Below, piece by piece: positions 29,636 through 39,924 of a stretch of DNA of 64,000 nucleotides. The DNA comes from Candidatus Omnitrophota bacterium. GTDB lineage: Bacteria > Omnitrophota > Gorgyraeia > Zapsychrales > Zapsychraceae. Location of the stretch: NCBI GenBank assembly GCA_029261055.1, contig JAJDCA010000014.1, positions 143,984 to 207,983 on the forward strand. The letters run 5' to 3'. Within the stretch, counting starts at the first letter, position 1. Each line of letters opens with the position of its first letter. A model generated the notes under the pieces. The model saw only the letters and a list, made by a program, of their open reading frames with translations, was not told the DNA's origin and did not search any database. The position numbers and the translations under genes are program-made.

Positions 29636-30380
29636 ACGTATAATTCCTTGCTTAGATGTTAAAGACGGCCGTGTCGTTAAGGGTGTTAATTTTGTCGATT
29701 TACGTGATGCCGGTGATCCGGTAGCGATTGCGGAGATGTACGACAAGCAAAAGGCTGATGAGATTGTATTCTTGGATATTACGGCCAGTCATGAAAAACG
29801 TGGTATTATGCTGGATATCGTTAAGCAAACAGCCGAAAAAGTTTTTATGCCTTTAACCGTTGGAGGAGGGATTCGGAATTTGGATGATATCCGGGACTTG
29901 CTCAAAGCAGGAGCTGATAAAATATCGATGAATACGTCGGCCGTTCAAAATCCTGAGCTTATTCGAGAGGCAGCCGAGAAGTTTGGGAGCCAATGTATTG
30001 TCATTGCTGTTGACGGTAAAAAGGTTAATGATAATTGGGAAGTTTTTATTCATGGGGGTCGAACTCCAACGGGTAAAGATGCTATTGAATGGGTTCGTCA
30101 GGTTGAATCTTTAGGCGCTGGGGAAATTTTGCTGACGAGTATGGACTTTGACGGTACAAAGAACGGTTATGATGTTGCCTTGACAGATGCGGTTTGCCAG
30201 GCTGTTAATATTCCCGTTATTGCTTCAGGTGGGGCCGGAAAGTTAGATGATTTTTACAATGTATTTGCTCAAACGCAGGCTGATGCAGCTCTTGCAGCTT
30301 CTGTGTTTCATTATGGTGAATTTTTAATTAGTGATGTTAAACAGCATTTAAGCAAAAAGGAAGTGGAGGTCAGAATATGA
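29625..30380 (+). CDS. hisF: IGP synthase cyclase subunit
   Basis: [35 protein letters not shown]. Confidence 0.98.
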   Translation: MLTKRIIPCLDVKDGRVVKGVNFVDLRDAGDPVAIAEMYDKQKADEIVFLDITASHEKRGIMLDIVKQTAEKVFMPLTVGGGIRNLDDIRDLLKAGADKISMNTSAVQNPELIREAAEKFGSQCIVIAVDGKKVNDNWEVFIHGGRTPTGKDAIEWVRQVESLGAGEILLTSMDFDGTKNGYDVALTDAVCQAVNIPVIASGGAGKLDDFYNVFAQTQADAALAASVFHYGEFLISDVKQHLSKKEVEVRI

Positions 30381-30730
30381 AAGAAATCGAGAAAATTCAA
30401 ATTACACCGCGGACGATAAAGAAGTTAACGTTTAACAAAGATGGCCTCATTCCAACTATCGTACAAGATTACAAAACCAAAGATGTTTTGATGATGGCGT
30501 ACATGAATTTAGATTCTTTAAAAGAAACGCTGAAAGGTGGAAAGACGTGTTTTTGGTCTCGTTCTCGTAAAGAATATTGGGTCAAAGGTATGACTTCAGG
30601 GCATTTTCAATTTGTTAAGGGCGTGTATTATGACTGCGATTGTGATACCCTTTTGATTAAAGTGCGGCAAGTGGGTTTTCCGTGTCATACATTCAAGAAA
30701 ACATGTTTTTACAGGAAAATTAAAACATAA
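30377..30730 (+). CDS. hisI: Phosphoribosyl-AMP cyclohydrolase
   Basis: FWSRSR, KGMTSG, DCDCD, CHT...CF; no HisE domain fused. Confidence 0.95.
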   Translation: MKEIEKIQITPRTIKKLTFNKDGLIPTIVQDYKTKDVLMMAYMNLDSLKETLKGGKTCFWSRSRKEYWVKGMTSGHFQFVKGVYYDCDCDTLLIKVRQVGFPCHTFKKTCFYRKIKT

Positions 30731-32247
30731 TGTATTATCCTTCTCAAAATGAATTTTTGAAATTAACAAAAAAAGGTAACCTTATTCCAGTTTACAAGGA
30801 AATCCTTGGCGACCTGGAAACGCCTGTTTCTGCATATATGAAGATAGCCAAGAAGGCTAAGTATTCTTTTTTGCTGGAGTCTGTTGAGGGAGAAGAAAAA
30901 ATATCTCAGTTTTCTTTTTTGGCTCGCAATCCAGATTTGATTTTGAGAACAAAAGAAGGGGCTGTTGAGATTACACGTTTTCAAAATGGGAAAGCTGTTA
31001 CTCAAAAATATCCCATGAAAGATACCCCGCTTTCGTTCATACGTGAAATTATGCAGCAATATCGCTTTGTCAATATTGACGGCTTACCCAGGTTTTGTGG
31101 TGGTATGGTGGGTTATTTAAGTTATGATGTGGTCCGTTTCTTTGAAAAATTGCCGAAAAAAACAGTTGATGATCTTAAATTGCCGGATACCTTATTAGTT
31201 TTAGCTAAGAATCTTATTATATTCGATCATCGTAATCATAAGATAAAAGTGGTGAGTTGTGTTCATATTGATTCTAAAAGTTCTCAAAAAATACATGCAA
31301 AAGAGTATAAAAAGGCCCTAAAGGATATTGATCAGCTGGTTGAGCAACTAAATCGACCTTTGAGTATTTCTAAAAATAAAGATGGACGAAATGCCTCAAA
31401 ATCGTTAGAATTATCGGTCAAATCTAACCTGACCCAGCGAGAATTTGAAAATATTGTCCGTGAGGCCAAAAAGCAGATTCGGGCCGGTGAAATTATTCAG
31501 GTAGTTCTTTCTCAGCGATTTTGTATTGATTTAAAAACAGACCCGTTAAATTTGTATCGAACCTTACGTGTGTTGAATCCTTCACCGTATATGTACTATT
31601 TGAATTTCGACGGTTTACAGATTATCGGTTCTTCGCCGGAACTCCTTGTGCGATGTGAAGATGGTGTTGTGGATACACGTCCTATTGCCGGAACGCGACC
31701 ACGGGGCAAGGATGAAAAAGAGGATGATTTTTTAGCTAAGGATCTTCTTAATGATCCAAAAGAAAAGGCCGAACATATTATGCTAGTGGATTTAGGCCGA
31801 AATGATTTGGGGCGGGTTTGCCGTAAAGGGACTGTAAAATTATCTGAATTTATGCAAGTTGAAAAATATTCCCATGTGATGCATATTGTTAGTAATGTTA
31901 AAGGGAAGTTAAATTCCGGTAAGGATGCATTTGACGTATTAAGTGCTGCTTTTCCAGCTGGGACAGTATCCGGAGCCCCTAAGATTCGTGCCATGGAAAT
32001 TATTGAAGGATTAGAATCGGTGCAGAGAGGGCCTTATGCTGGCTGTATCGGGTACTTCAGTTTTTCCGGAAATTTAGATACATGCATTACGATTCGTACT
32101 ATTGTGGCAAGTAATAAAAAAGCTTATGTTCAGGCTGGGGCAGGAATTGTCGCCGATTCTCAGCCTAAAAAAGAATATCAGGAAACAATCAATAAAGCCA
32201 AGGCGCAGCTTCATGCAATTCAATTGGCACATAATTTGATAATCTAA
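30730..32247 (+). CDS. trpE: Anthranilate synthase component I
   Basis: LLES and NPSPYM feedback motifs, PIAGT, EHIMLVDLGRND, PAGTVSGAPK. Confidence 0.95.
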   Translation: MYYPSQNEFLKLTKKGNLIPVYKEILGDLETPVSAYMKIAKKAKYSFLLESVEGEEKISQFSFLARNPDLILRTKEGAVEITRFQNGKAVTQKYPMKDTPLSFIREIMQQYRFVNIDGLPRFCGGMVGYLSYDVVRFFEKLPKKTVDDLKLPDTLLVLAKNLIIFDHRNHKIKVVSCVHIDSKSSQKIHAKEYKKALKDIDQLVEQLNRPLSISKNKDGRNASKSLELSVKSNLTQREFENIVREAKKQIRAGEIIQVVLSQRFCIDLKTDPLNLYRTLRVLNPSPYMYYLNFDGLQIIGSSPELLVRCEDGVVDTRPIAGTRPRGKDEKEDDFLAKDLLNDPKEKAEHIMLVDLGRNDLGRVCRKGTVKLSEFMQVEKYSHVMHIVSNVKGKLNSGKDAFDVLSAAFPAGTVSGAPKIRAMEIIEGLESVQRGPYAGCIGYFSFSGNLDTCITIRTIVASNKKAYVQAGAGIVADSQPKKEYQETINKAKAQLHAIQLAHNLII

Positions 32248-32284
32248 AAATAGTTATCAAATATTTAATTAAAAAGGAGTAATT

Positions 32285-32530
32285 ATGGAAGTTAGAATAC
32301 GATTACAAAGATCAAAAGCAGCAAAGAAGCGTTACAATTACCGTGTGGTAGCTATTAGCCGCTCTACAGCACGAGATGGCCGTCATTTAGAAATTTTAGG
32401 ACATTATGATGCGGCTCAAAAGCCAGCGGCTGTTTCTATTAATCAAGAAAAGCTTGACCAATGGATTCAAAAAGGAGCTCGAATGAGCAACACTGTCCGA
32501 TCATTGGTAAAGAATTTGAATAAAAACTAA
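32285..32530 (+). CDS. rpsP: 30S ribosomal protein S16
   Basis: VRIRLQR, YRVVA, RDGRHLEILGHY, WIQKGA. Confidence 0.95.
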   Translation: MEVRIRLQRSKAAKKRYNYRVVAISRSTARDGRHLEILGHYDAAQKPAAVSINQEKLDQWIQKGARMSNTVRSLVKNLNKN

Positions 32531-32541
32531 AGGAGTTAAGC

Positions 32542-32832
32542 ATGCCTACAGAACAAGCTGCCGCAGCATCTGCGCAATCTCCATTTTTTCAATATATCCC
32601 TTTTGTTCTTATTTTTTTCATTTTCTATTTTTTGGTTTTTAAGCCGGAAAAAAAGAAGAAAAAAGAACGTGAGGATATGAAAAGTAATTTAAAGAAAAAT
32701 GACCGTGTTGTAACCTCCGGAGGCATTCATGGGACAGTTGTTAGTCTTAAAGAAAAATCGGTTATGGTTCGTGTCGATGATAATGTAAAACTAGAGTTAG
32801 ATAAAGAATCTATCTCAACTGTTATTAAATAA
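32542..32832 (+). CDS. yajC: Preprotein translocase subunit YajC
   Basis: FYFLVFKP, LKKNDRVVTSGGIHG. Confidence 0.95.
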   Translation: MPTEQAAAASAQSPFFQYIPFVLIFFIFYFLVFKPEKKKKKEREDMKSNLKKNDRVVTSGGIHGTVVSLKEKSVMVRVDDNVKLELDKESISTVIK

Positions 32833-32844
32833 GTCGGAGGTATT

Positions 32845-35049
32845 ATGACCAAGAATCTTAGAAATAGAGCCCTCATTATTTTAGGTGTTATTGTAGCGGC
32901 TATTTATTTAACTTTTCCCATTCAGAAGCGTATCAACCTTGGCCTTGATTTAAAGGGGGGGATGCATCTTGTCCTTAAAGTCGATACAGAGGAGTTAGAG
33001 GATGATGCTAAAAGTGATGCGGTATTGCGGGCCATAGAAATTCTACGAAATCGTATTGATAGCATTGGTGTGGGTGAGACTGTGATTCAACGTCAGGGTG
33101 AAAATGAGATTCTTGTTCAACTTCCAGGTGTGACAAATCGTGATCAGGCTATTGATTTGATTGGGCGCGTAGCTCAATTGGAATTTCGTGTTGTGGATGA
33201 TGATCCGAATAATTTAAAACAAGCTCTTGAAGGTGACATTCCTAAGGGATTTATTTTAAAATATACCAAGGATGATAAAGAACCTATTCTTCTTAAGGAT
33301 CAGGTTGCGTTGAGCGGGGAAACCATTGCGGATGCCAGTGTAGATTTTGATTCCACCGGTTTTGGACAACCTCAAATTTCATTAAAATTTAATACGCAGG
33401 GGAGCAGTGCCTTTGGTGTGATTACAAAACACAATGTAGGTCGACGATTAGCTATTATTATGGATGATGAAGTTCTTTCAGCCCCAAACATTAATGAAGC
33501 TATTTTAGGCGGGAAGGCTCAAATTACAGGTCAATTTTCTTTTGAAGAAGCTTCTGTATTAGCGTTGGCACTTCGTTCTGGTGCATTACCGGCGCCTATG
33601 CATATTGAAGAAGAGAGAACCATTGGTCCTCTTCTAGGGAAAGATTCTATTAACGCTGGAATTAATGCCACACTTATTGGAATAGCATTAGTCTTTAGTT
33701 TCATGCTTATTTATTATCTAAAAGCCGGTATGGTTTCGAATGTAGCGTTAATGCTGAATCTTCTTTTCCTTTTTGGAGCTATGGGGTTTTTGAATCTTAT
33801 GCTTCCAGAGGCGCAATTAACCTTAACCTTACCGGGTATTGCGGGGATTATTTTAACTTTAGGGATGGCGGTTGATGCCAATGTTCTTATTAATGAGCGT
33901 ATTCGGGAGGAAATTGATAATGGGCGTCCGCTTAAGGCCGCGATTAATAATGGGTTTAATAAAGCCCTTAAAGCCATTGTGGATTCCAACACAACAACAC
34001 TTATTGCCGCGTTTATGCTGTTTCAGTTTGGTTCTGGACCTATTAAAGGCTTTGCAGTGACTTTATCTCTTGGTCTTATTGTCAGTCTTTTTACCTCCTT
34101 GTTTGTCACGCGGACATTATTTAATGTCCTTTTGGATTGGAAGTTATTAAAAAGTCTTCCGATGATGGGATTGTTTTCCGGGTTTAAAATTAATTTTGTT
34201 TCCAAGCGTTATGTTTGCTATGTTATTTCTGCGCTACTTATTGTAGGTAGCATTTATGCATTAATGCAAAAAAAAGATAAGGCTTTTGGAATTGATTTTG
34301 TTGGGGGTCAAATTCAGGAATATCGGTTCCAAAATCCTATTCAGGCTGATAATTTGAGGGAAGCCCTTAAGCAAGTGGGGCTTGATGATGCGGTCATTCA
34401 GCAGTTTGATCAATCTCCTGGGGATGTGATTATTCGTACTTCTAACGATACGTACGATAAAGTCGTGGGGGCCTTTAAGCAAGATTTTCCAGACAATAGT
34501 TTTGAGATACTAAGAATCGAGAAAGTTGGTCCTGTAGTCGGAAAGTCTTTGCGTAAGGCTGCTATATTAGCGATTGTCTTTGCTCTTGGAGGTATTTTTA
34601 TTTTTGTCGGTTTTCGGTTTAAACATTTTGATTTTGCAACCGCCGGCATCATTGCTTTGTTGCATGATGTATTTGTGACACTCGGAATTTTGATTATGAT
34701 GGGCCGTCAAATTGATCTTTTGGTTGTGACGGCGCTTTTGACCATTGCGGGGTACTCGATTAATGATACGATCATTATTTATGACCGTGTACGTGAAAAT
34801 TTAGCCAAAGACAAAAAGATGGGCTTGGCTGATTTGATTAACTTAAGTATTAATCAAACGCTAGGACGGACATTGCTTACCACCATCACCACACTTTTAG
34901 TGGTTGTTACTTTATTTTTACGCGGTGGCGAAGTCTTAAATACCTTTGCCCTGTGTCTTATGATCGGCTTTATTGCTGGAACCTATTCCACCATTTTCAT
35001 CGCATCCCCACTCGTTTTGGCGTGGGAGAAGAAGAAAATAAGAAAGTAA
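32845..35049 (+). CDS. secDF: Fused protein translocase subunit SecDF
   Basis: LGLDLKGG, GMAVDANVLINERIREE, GIDFVGG, GYSINDTIIIYDRVRE in one ORF. Confidence 0.96.
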   Translation: MTKNLRNRALIILGVIVAAIYLTFPIQKRINLGLDLKGGMHLVLKVDTEELEDDAKSDAVLRAIEILRNRIDSIGVGETVIQRQGENEILVQLPGVTNRDQAIDLIGRVAQLEFRVVDDDPNNLKQALEGDIPKGFILKYTKDDKEPILLKDQVALSGETIADASVDFDSTGFGQPQISLKFNTQGSSAFGVITKHNVGRRLAIIMDDEVLSAPNINEAILGGKAQITGQFSFEEASVLALALRSGALPAPMHIEEERTIGPLLGKDSINAGINATLIGIALVFSFMLIYYLKAGMVSNVALMLNLLFLFGAMGFLNLMLPEAQLTLTLPGIAGIILTLGMAVDANVLINERIREEIDNGRPLKAAINNGFNKALKAIVDSNTTTLIAAFMLFQFGSGPIKGFAVTLSLGLIVSLFTSLFVTRTLFNVLLDWKLLKSLPMMGLFSGFKINFVSKRYVCYVISALLIVGSIYALMQKKDKAFGIDFVGGQIQEYRFQNPIQADNLREALKQVGLDDAVIQQFDQSPGDVIIRTSNDTYDKVVGAFKQDFPDNSFEILRIEKVGPVVGKSLRKAAILAIVFALGGIFIFVGFRFKHFDFATAGIIALLHDVFVTLGILIMMGRQIDLLVVTALLTIAGYSINDTIIIYDRVRENLAKDKKMGLADLINLSINQTLGRTLLTTITTLLVVVTLFLRGGEVLNTFALCLMIGFIAGTYSTIFIASPLVLAWEKKKIRK

Positions 35050-35081
35050 TAAATAGAATTTCATTATTAAGTATTCCAAAC

Positions 35082-35116
35082 AAAATGGCCACCTTAATAG
35101 GTGGCTATTTTTTTTT
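35082..35116 (+). terminator. Rho-independent terminator after secDF
   Basis: AAAATGGCCACC-ttaata-GGTGGCTATTTT followed by a T run. Confidence 0.85.
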
Positions 35117-35232
35117 GAATGATGCGCTCTGATGGTGATTACTGTTGGATTATTTATATTATTAAATCGTTAATTTTATAAATTGTCCTTAAAATGGTAA
35201 AATCAATTTAGCCAAGATCAATTTAAAATGAC

Positions 35233-37158
35233 ATGCCTGGTGCGATATCTCAAACTTTTAAATCTCTCGAACTTTTTGTTGGGCAGACGGTTTCGCTTGA
35301 TGATGTATTGAATAATTTAGCGGCTTTTCGGTATCGTAAGGTTCGCAAGGCGATTCGGTCTGGGGACTTTAGTCAGCGTGGGGGAGTTCTAGAAGTTTAT
35401 CCCACGAAGTTTGATTCGCCGGTACGTATTGATTTTGACGATGACAAAATTCGGGCGATTGCGAGTGTCAACATTGCTACCGGCACGTCGATTTGGCAGC
35501 ACAAGATTGTTATTATCCTTCCTAATAAGGCGGAAAAGAAAGAGGTTTTTTCTGCCGATGTTCCTCTAAATAATTTTGTCAATATTCAAGAAGGTGATTA
35601 TGTTGTGCATAATAATCACGGTATAGGGCGATTTCTTGGCATTGAACATGTTGATGTCGGGGATGCTGCGAAAGAACATTTGGTTATTGAATACAAGGGC
35701 GGGGATAAGCTTTTTGTCCCAAAGCATGATATCCGGTTGGTTCAGAAATATATTGGTCTTAGCAAAAGGCCGCCACGACTGTTTAAGTTAGGAAGTAAGG
35801 AATGGAAGCGCATACGGACACAAATTCAAAAACGTTTACAAAAAATAGCATCTGAACTTTTGCATATTCAGGCGGTACGAGCGAGTTTAAAAGGGTTTAG
35901 TTTTTCCAAAGATAATGATTGGCAAAAAGAATTTGAAAAAGGATTTCCTTTTAAGGAAACTCCGGATCAGTTGACCTCCACACTTGAAATGAAATTCGAT
36001 ATGGAGTCTGCACGACCAATGGACCGTCTTTTATGTGGGGATGTTGGTTATGGTAAAACAGAAGTTGCTTTAAGAGCTGCTTTTAAAGCGGTGATGGATA
36101 ATAAGCAGGTTGTGGTTTTGGTACCCACCACAATCCTTGCGGAGCAACATTATTTGAATTTTTCAAATCGTATGAAGAAATATCCTGTAAATGTGGCCAT
36201 GTTGAGTCGTTTTCGGACTAAGCAAGAGCAGTCCGCTACTATTAAAGAATGTTGTGAAGGGCGTGTTGATATTGTCATTGGAACGCATCGCTTATTATCC
36301 AAAGATATTGCGTTTAAAGATTTGGGGTTAATCATTATTGATGAGGAACAGCGTTTTGGTGTTACAGCAAAAGAACGTCTCAAGCATTTACGTTTATTGG
36401 CGGATATTTTGACATTAACTGCAACGCCGATTCCTCGGACGCTTTACATGGCTTTGTCTGGGTCTCGAGATATGTCCGTTATTTCTACAGCCCCTCAAAA
36501 TCGTACAGCCGTTAAGACACATGTTGTTGAATTTGATGAGGATTTGATTCAGGAGGTGATTCAAAGAGAATTAGATCGAAGGGGGCAGGTGTTTTTTTTG
36601 CATAATCGCGTGGAGGATATTACAGTGATTGCGAATACAATCCATCGTTTGGTGCCCAATGCACGGGTTGCGACGGCTCATGGGCAGATGCCAGCAAAAT
36701 TATTAGAAGAGATTATGATAAAATTTTTAAAAGGGGAAATAGAGGTTTTGGTATGCACAACGATCATCGGGTCAGGTATTGATATTCCTAATGCGAATAC
36801 ATTGATTATTAATCGTGCCGATCATTTTGGGTTGGCGGATCTACATCAATTACGTGGACGTGTGGGACGTTCTGAAAAAGAAGCGTATGCTTACTTCATA
36901 GTGCCGCCACGAAAAGTTTTATCAGATCAGGCAAAGGCGCGTATTGAGGCCATTGAAAAATACAGTGAGTTAGGCTCGGGTTTTCAAATTGCTTTTGAAG
37001 ATATGCAGCTTAGAGGGGCAGGAAATCTTTTAGGTCAAGAACAACATGGATATGTCTCCGCTATCGGCTTTGACCTGTATTGCCGATTATTAAAAGAATC
37101 AGTTGAAAATTTGAAGAAAACTAAGTATAAAGTAGGAGATGATTATGAAAAAAATTAA
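35233..37158 (+). CDS. mfd: Short transcription-repair coupling factor (D2 + RID + translocase only)
   Basis: GDYVVHNNHGIGRF RID, MDRLLCGDVGYGKTEVA, DEEQRFGV, TATPIPRT, QLRGRVGRS, TRG motif RGAGNLLG; only 641 aa. Confidence 0.92.
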   Translation: MPGAISQTFKSLELFVGQTVSLDDVLNNLAAFRYRKVRKAIRSGDFSQRGGVLEVYPTKFDSPVRIDFDDDKIRAIASVNIATGTSIWQHKIVIILPNKAEKKEVFSADVPLNNFVNIQEGDYVVHNNHGIGRFLGIEHVDVGDAAKEHLVIEYKGGDKLFVPKHDIRLVQKYIGLSKRPPRLFKLGSKEWKRIRTQIQKRLQKIASELLHIQAVRASLKGFSFSKDNDWQKEFEKGFPFKETPDQLTSTLEMKFDMESARPMDRLLCGDVGYGKTEVALRAAFKAVMDNKQVVVLVPTTILAEQHYLNFSNRMKKYPVNVAMLSRFRTKQEQSATIKECCEGRVDIVIGTHRLLSKDIAFKDLGLIIIDEEQRFGVTAKERLKHLRLLADILTLTATPIPRTLYMALSGSRDMSVISTAPQNRTAVKTHVVEFDEDLIQEVIQRELDRRGQVFFLHNRVEDITVIANTIHRLVPNARVATAHGQMPAKLLEEIMIKFLKGEIEVLVCTTIIGSGIDIPNANTLIINRADHFGLADLHQLRGRVGRSEKEAYAYFIVPPRKVLSDQAKARIEAIEKYSELGSGFQIAFEDMQLRGAGNLLGQEQHGYVSAIGFDLYCRLLKESVENLKKTKYKVGDDYEKN

Positions 37159-38092
37159 AAAAATAGGATTATCTATCTTTCTTTTTACCTCTCTTTTTTT
37201 AGGGGTATTGTCTCCACATGGCTTGGCCATGGATGATGGTATCATTGCCGTTGTCAATGATGAAGTCATTACGCTTAAAGATTTGCATGATTACATTCGT
37301 CAGACATACATTGGTCTAGTTGCGGAAGGTGTTAGAGGTCCACAATTGAAAGACATTATGCTTGATTTGGAAAAAAATGGCATAAACAAGCTGATTGAAG
37401 ATAAGATCATATTAACGAAGGCTAATGAAATAGGCATGGAGGTGCGGGATAAATTGATTGATCAGCGTGTTGCACGCGTTAAAAGCCGGTATGCGTCAGA
37501 GCAGGATTTTTTGAATTCGCTTATTGAGCATGGGGCCACGGTAACAGATCTACGTAATAAAATTTTAGAGCAATTAAAAATAAAATATGTCATTGATCAT
37601 GAAGTTAAGGCTAAAATTTTTGTTAACCCTCAAGAAGTTACGGATTTTTATGAACAAAATAAAAAAGATTTTTTGAGAAAAGAACGTGTGAATGTAGATT
37701 CTATTTATATTATGACGGATAACGATAAAGCCGGCGCTGAAAAAAAGGCTAAAGAGGCGTTAAGTTTTCTTCAAGAAGGAAAAGACTTTAAAACTATTTC
37801 TGAACAGTATTCTGATACTCCGTCAGTTGGAATCGTGGAGAAGGGACAATTTTTACCGGAGATTGAAGATGTGATATTTGCTTTGGAGGAAGGGCAAATA
37901 TCTTCTTTGGTTGAAGTTGAGTCAGGATATTACATTTTTAAACCCATCGGAAAGATTCCTGCTAGTATTGCCAGCCTCAGAGAAGTGAACGACACTGTTT
38001 TTAATCTGCTTTACAAAAATAAGTTCCGCCAGCGTTTCACCAATTGGTTAGATAAATTAAAAAAGCAAGCGTATATTGAAATTAAGCACTAA
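37139..38092 (+). CDS. surA: SurA/PrsA-like peptidyl-prolyl isomerase chaperone
   Basis: Signal peptide, IIAVVNDEVIT, parvulin-like segment, WLDKLKKQAYIE; upstream of pdxA-rsmA. Confidence 0.82.
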   Translation: MIMKKIKKIGLSIFLFTSLFLGVLSPHGLAMDDGIIAVVNDEVITLKDLHDYIRQTYIGLVAEGVRGPQLKDIMLDLEKNGINKLIEDKIILTKANEIGMEVRDKLIDQRVARVKSRYASEQDFLNSLIEHGATVTDLRNKILEQLKIKYVIDHEVKAKIFVNPQEVTDFYEQNKKDFLRKERVNVDSIYIMTDNDKAGAEKKAKEALSFLQEGKDFKTISEQYSDTPSVGIVEKGQFLPEIEDVIFALEEGQISSLVEVESGYYIFKPIGKIPASIASLREVNDTVFNLLYKNKFRQRFTNWLDKLKKQAYIEIKH

Positions 38093-39023
38093 AAAAACAA
38101 TAGCCATAACTCTTGGTGATCCTGGTGGTATTGGGCCTGAAGTTGTAGCTAAGGCTCTCGCAAAACCATCGCTCCGCCGTTTGGCACATTTTCAAATTAT
38201 CGGTGACGAAGCTCCTTATCGGCGTTATTTTTCTTCACAATTTAAGAATTGTTCCTTTGTAGATTGTAAAAGTCTTTCGGTGAAATCTTGGAAAATCGGA
38301 CGCCCAACACGTGTTGGGGCGCGTGCTTCATTAGATTATCTTAATAAAGCCATTGAGCTTTTGAAAAATAAAACTGTTTCTGCCTTGGTCACTGCGCCTG
38401 TTTGTAAAGAATCTATTTGTGTTTTGGATTCGGGTTTTCAAGGGCACACAGAATTTTTAGCGCAGGCTTTTCATACGCCTCATGTGGGTATGATGTTTGT
38501 GAGTCAAGGTTTAAGGACTATTCTTGTAACACGTCATATCCCGCTTAACCAAGTCAGTAAGGCTGTGACATCTTCAAAGGTGTATGAAACGATTGCACTG
38601 ACAGACCACGCCCTTAGGTCTTATTTTGGTATTCAAAAGCCAGTTGTTGCCGTGTGTGGGTTAAATCCACATGCAGGGGAAGGGGGAACTATCGGAAAAG
38701 AAGAAATAACGCATATTATTCCAGCCATAAAAAAAGCACATAAAAATAAGATGAGGGTAGAGGGCCCCTTTGCTGCAGATACATTATTTTCTCCGGAAGC
38801 AGGTTGTTCGTATGATGCTATTGTGGCTATGTATCATGACCAAGGTCTTATCGGTGTAAAAACACAAGCTTTTACAAAACTTGTCAATTTGACAATTGGA
38901 TTGCCTTTTGTCCGTACATCTCCGGCTCATGGAACAGCATTTAATATTGCTGGAACAGAAAAAGCTGATTCGTCTTCTATGTGCGAGGCCATTAAATTAG
39001 CTGTTGAATTATCCGCTTCATGA
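38076..39023 (+). CDS. pdxA: 4-hydroxythreonine-4-phosphate dehydrogenase
   Basis: GDPGGIGPE, GHTEFL, LNPHAGE, AMYHDQG, RTSPAHGTA. Confidence 0.96.
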   Translation: MKLSTKKTIAITLGDPGGIGPEVVAKALAKPSLRRLAHFQIIGDEAPYRRYFSSQFKNCSFVDCKSLSVKSWKIGRPTRVGARASLDYLNKAIELLKNKTVSALVTAPVCKESICVLDSGFQGHTEFLAQAFHTPHVGMMFVSQGLRTILVTRHIPLNQVSKAVTSSKVYETIALTDHALRSYFGIQKPVVAVCGLNPHAGEGGTIGKEEITHIIPAIKKAHKNKMRVEGPFAADTLFSPEAGCSYDAIVAMYHDQGLIGVKTQAFTKLVNLTIGLPFVRTSPAHGTAFNIAGTEKADSSSMCEAIKLAVELSAS

Positions 39024-39805
39024 AACCTATTACTCCAAAGAAAAGTTTAGGACAAAATTTTCTCGTAAATTCTAGAATACAAGAACGTATTATTGCGGCA
39101 TGTGATTTGCAAACGGATGAAACTGTATTAGAAATTGGGCCGGGTAAGGGGGCGTTAACACAAAAAATTATTGAACAGGTTAAGCTAGTATTAGCTATTG
39201 AAAAAGATAAACGGTGTGTTGATCACCTCTGCGGGCAAATGGAAGGAAAGAGCATCGAAATTGTTCATGCAGATATTCTTGCATATCCTTTTGAAAGTTT
39301 ACAACCCAAGACAAAAATTATTGGTAATTTACCCTACAATATTGCCACACCTATTATTGAAAAATTTTTAAAGCATCGAAAACGATTTTCTGCATTTTAC
39401 ATGACGGTTCAGCTTGAATACGGACAACGCATGGCCGCTAAACCGAATGCAAAAAAGGCAAAGGTGTATGGCGCATTTAGTTGTTTTGTGCAGTATTATG
39501 CAGATGTGAAAATGTTATTTAAAATTAAAAATACGGCTTTTCATCCTGTTCCTAAAGTTGAGTCTTGTTTTCTCAAACTTACTCCTCGAGAGCCGCAATG
39601 GAAGGCTGAGAATGAGGAGTTTCTTTTTCGTTTGATTCGAACATGTTTTAGTCAACGTCGAAAAACAATTTTGAACTCTTTGTCGAGTATTGTAGATAAG
39701 AAAACGATGAAGCCTGTGTTGGGTAAATTACAAATTCATCCGACATTAAGAGCCGAAAATTTAAGTCTGGAAAAATTTGTACATCTCGCGAATGCTCTTG
39801 TTTAA
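39020..39805 (+). CDS. rsmA: 16S rRNA adenine dimethyltransferase
   Basis: KKSLGQNFL, EIGPGKG, NLPYNI, FHPVPKVES, RRKT. Confidence 0.97.
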   Translation: MKPITPKKSLGQNFLVNSRIQERIIAACDLQTDETVLEIGPGKGALTQKIIEQVKLVLAIEKDKRCVDHLCGQMEGKSIEIVHADILAYPFESLQPKTKIIGNLPYNIATPIIEKFLKHRKRFSAFYMTVQLEYGQRMAAKPNAKKAKVYGAFSCFVQYYADVKMLFKIKNTAFHPVPKVESCFLKLTPREPQWKAENEEFLFRLIRTCFSQRRKTILNSLSSIVDKKTMKPVLGKLQIHPTLRAENLSLEKFVHLANALV

Positions 39806-39850
39806 TTAAGAGCTTGGCCTAAAAGTTATTCTGCCAATCTCCAAAGCGGG

Positions 39851-39924
39851 TTTAATTCCCCGAGGCTTGCCTCGTTTGTAAAGGCGTAGTTCAATACCTC
39901 GAGGGCTTGCTTCGAGGTAGTTTA
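39851..39924. repeat. Double-hairpin REP/MITE-like element between convergent genes
   Basis: CGAGGCTTGCCTCG and TACCTCGAGGGCTTGCTTCGAGGTA hairpins sharing a GCTTGC core. Confidence 0.55.

Noticed and set aside
35233-37158. mfd as a pseudogene
   Set aside because: Single intact ORF with all motor motifs, clean domain-level losses and no frameshifted remnants in the flanks.
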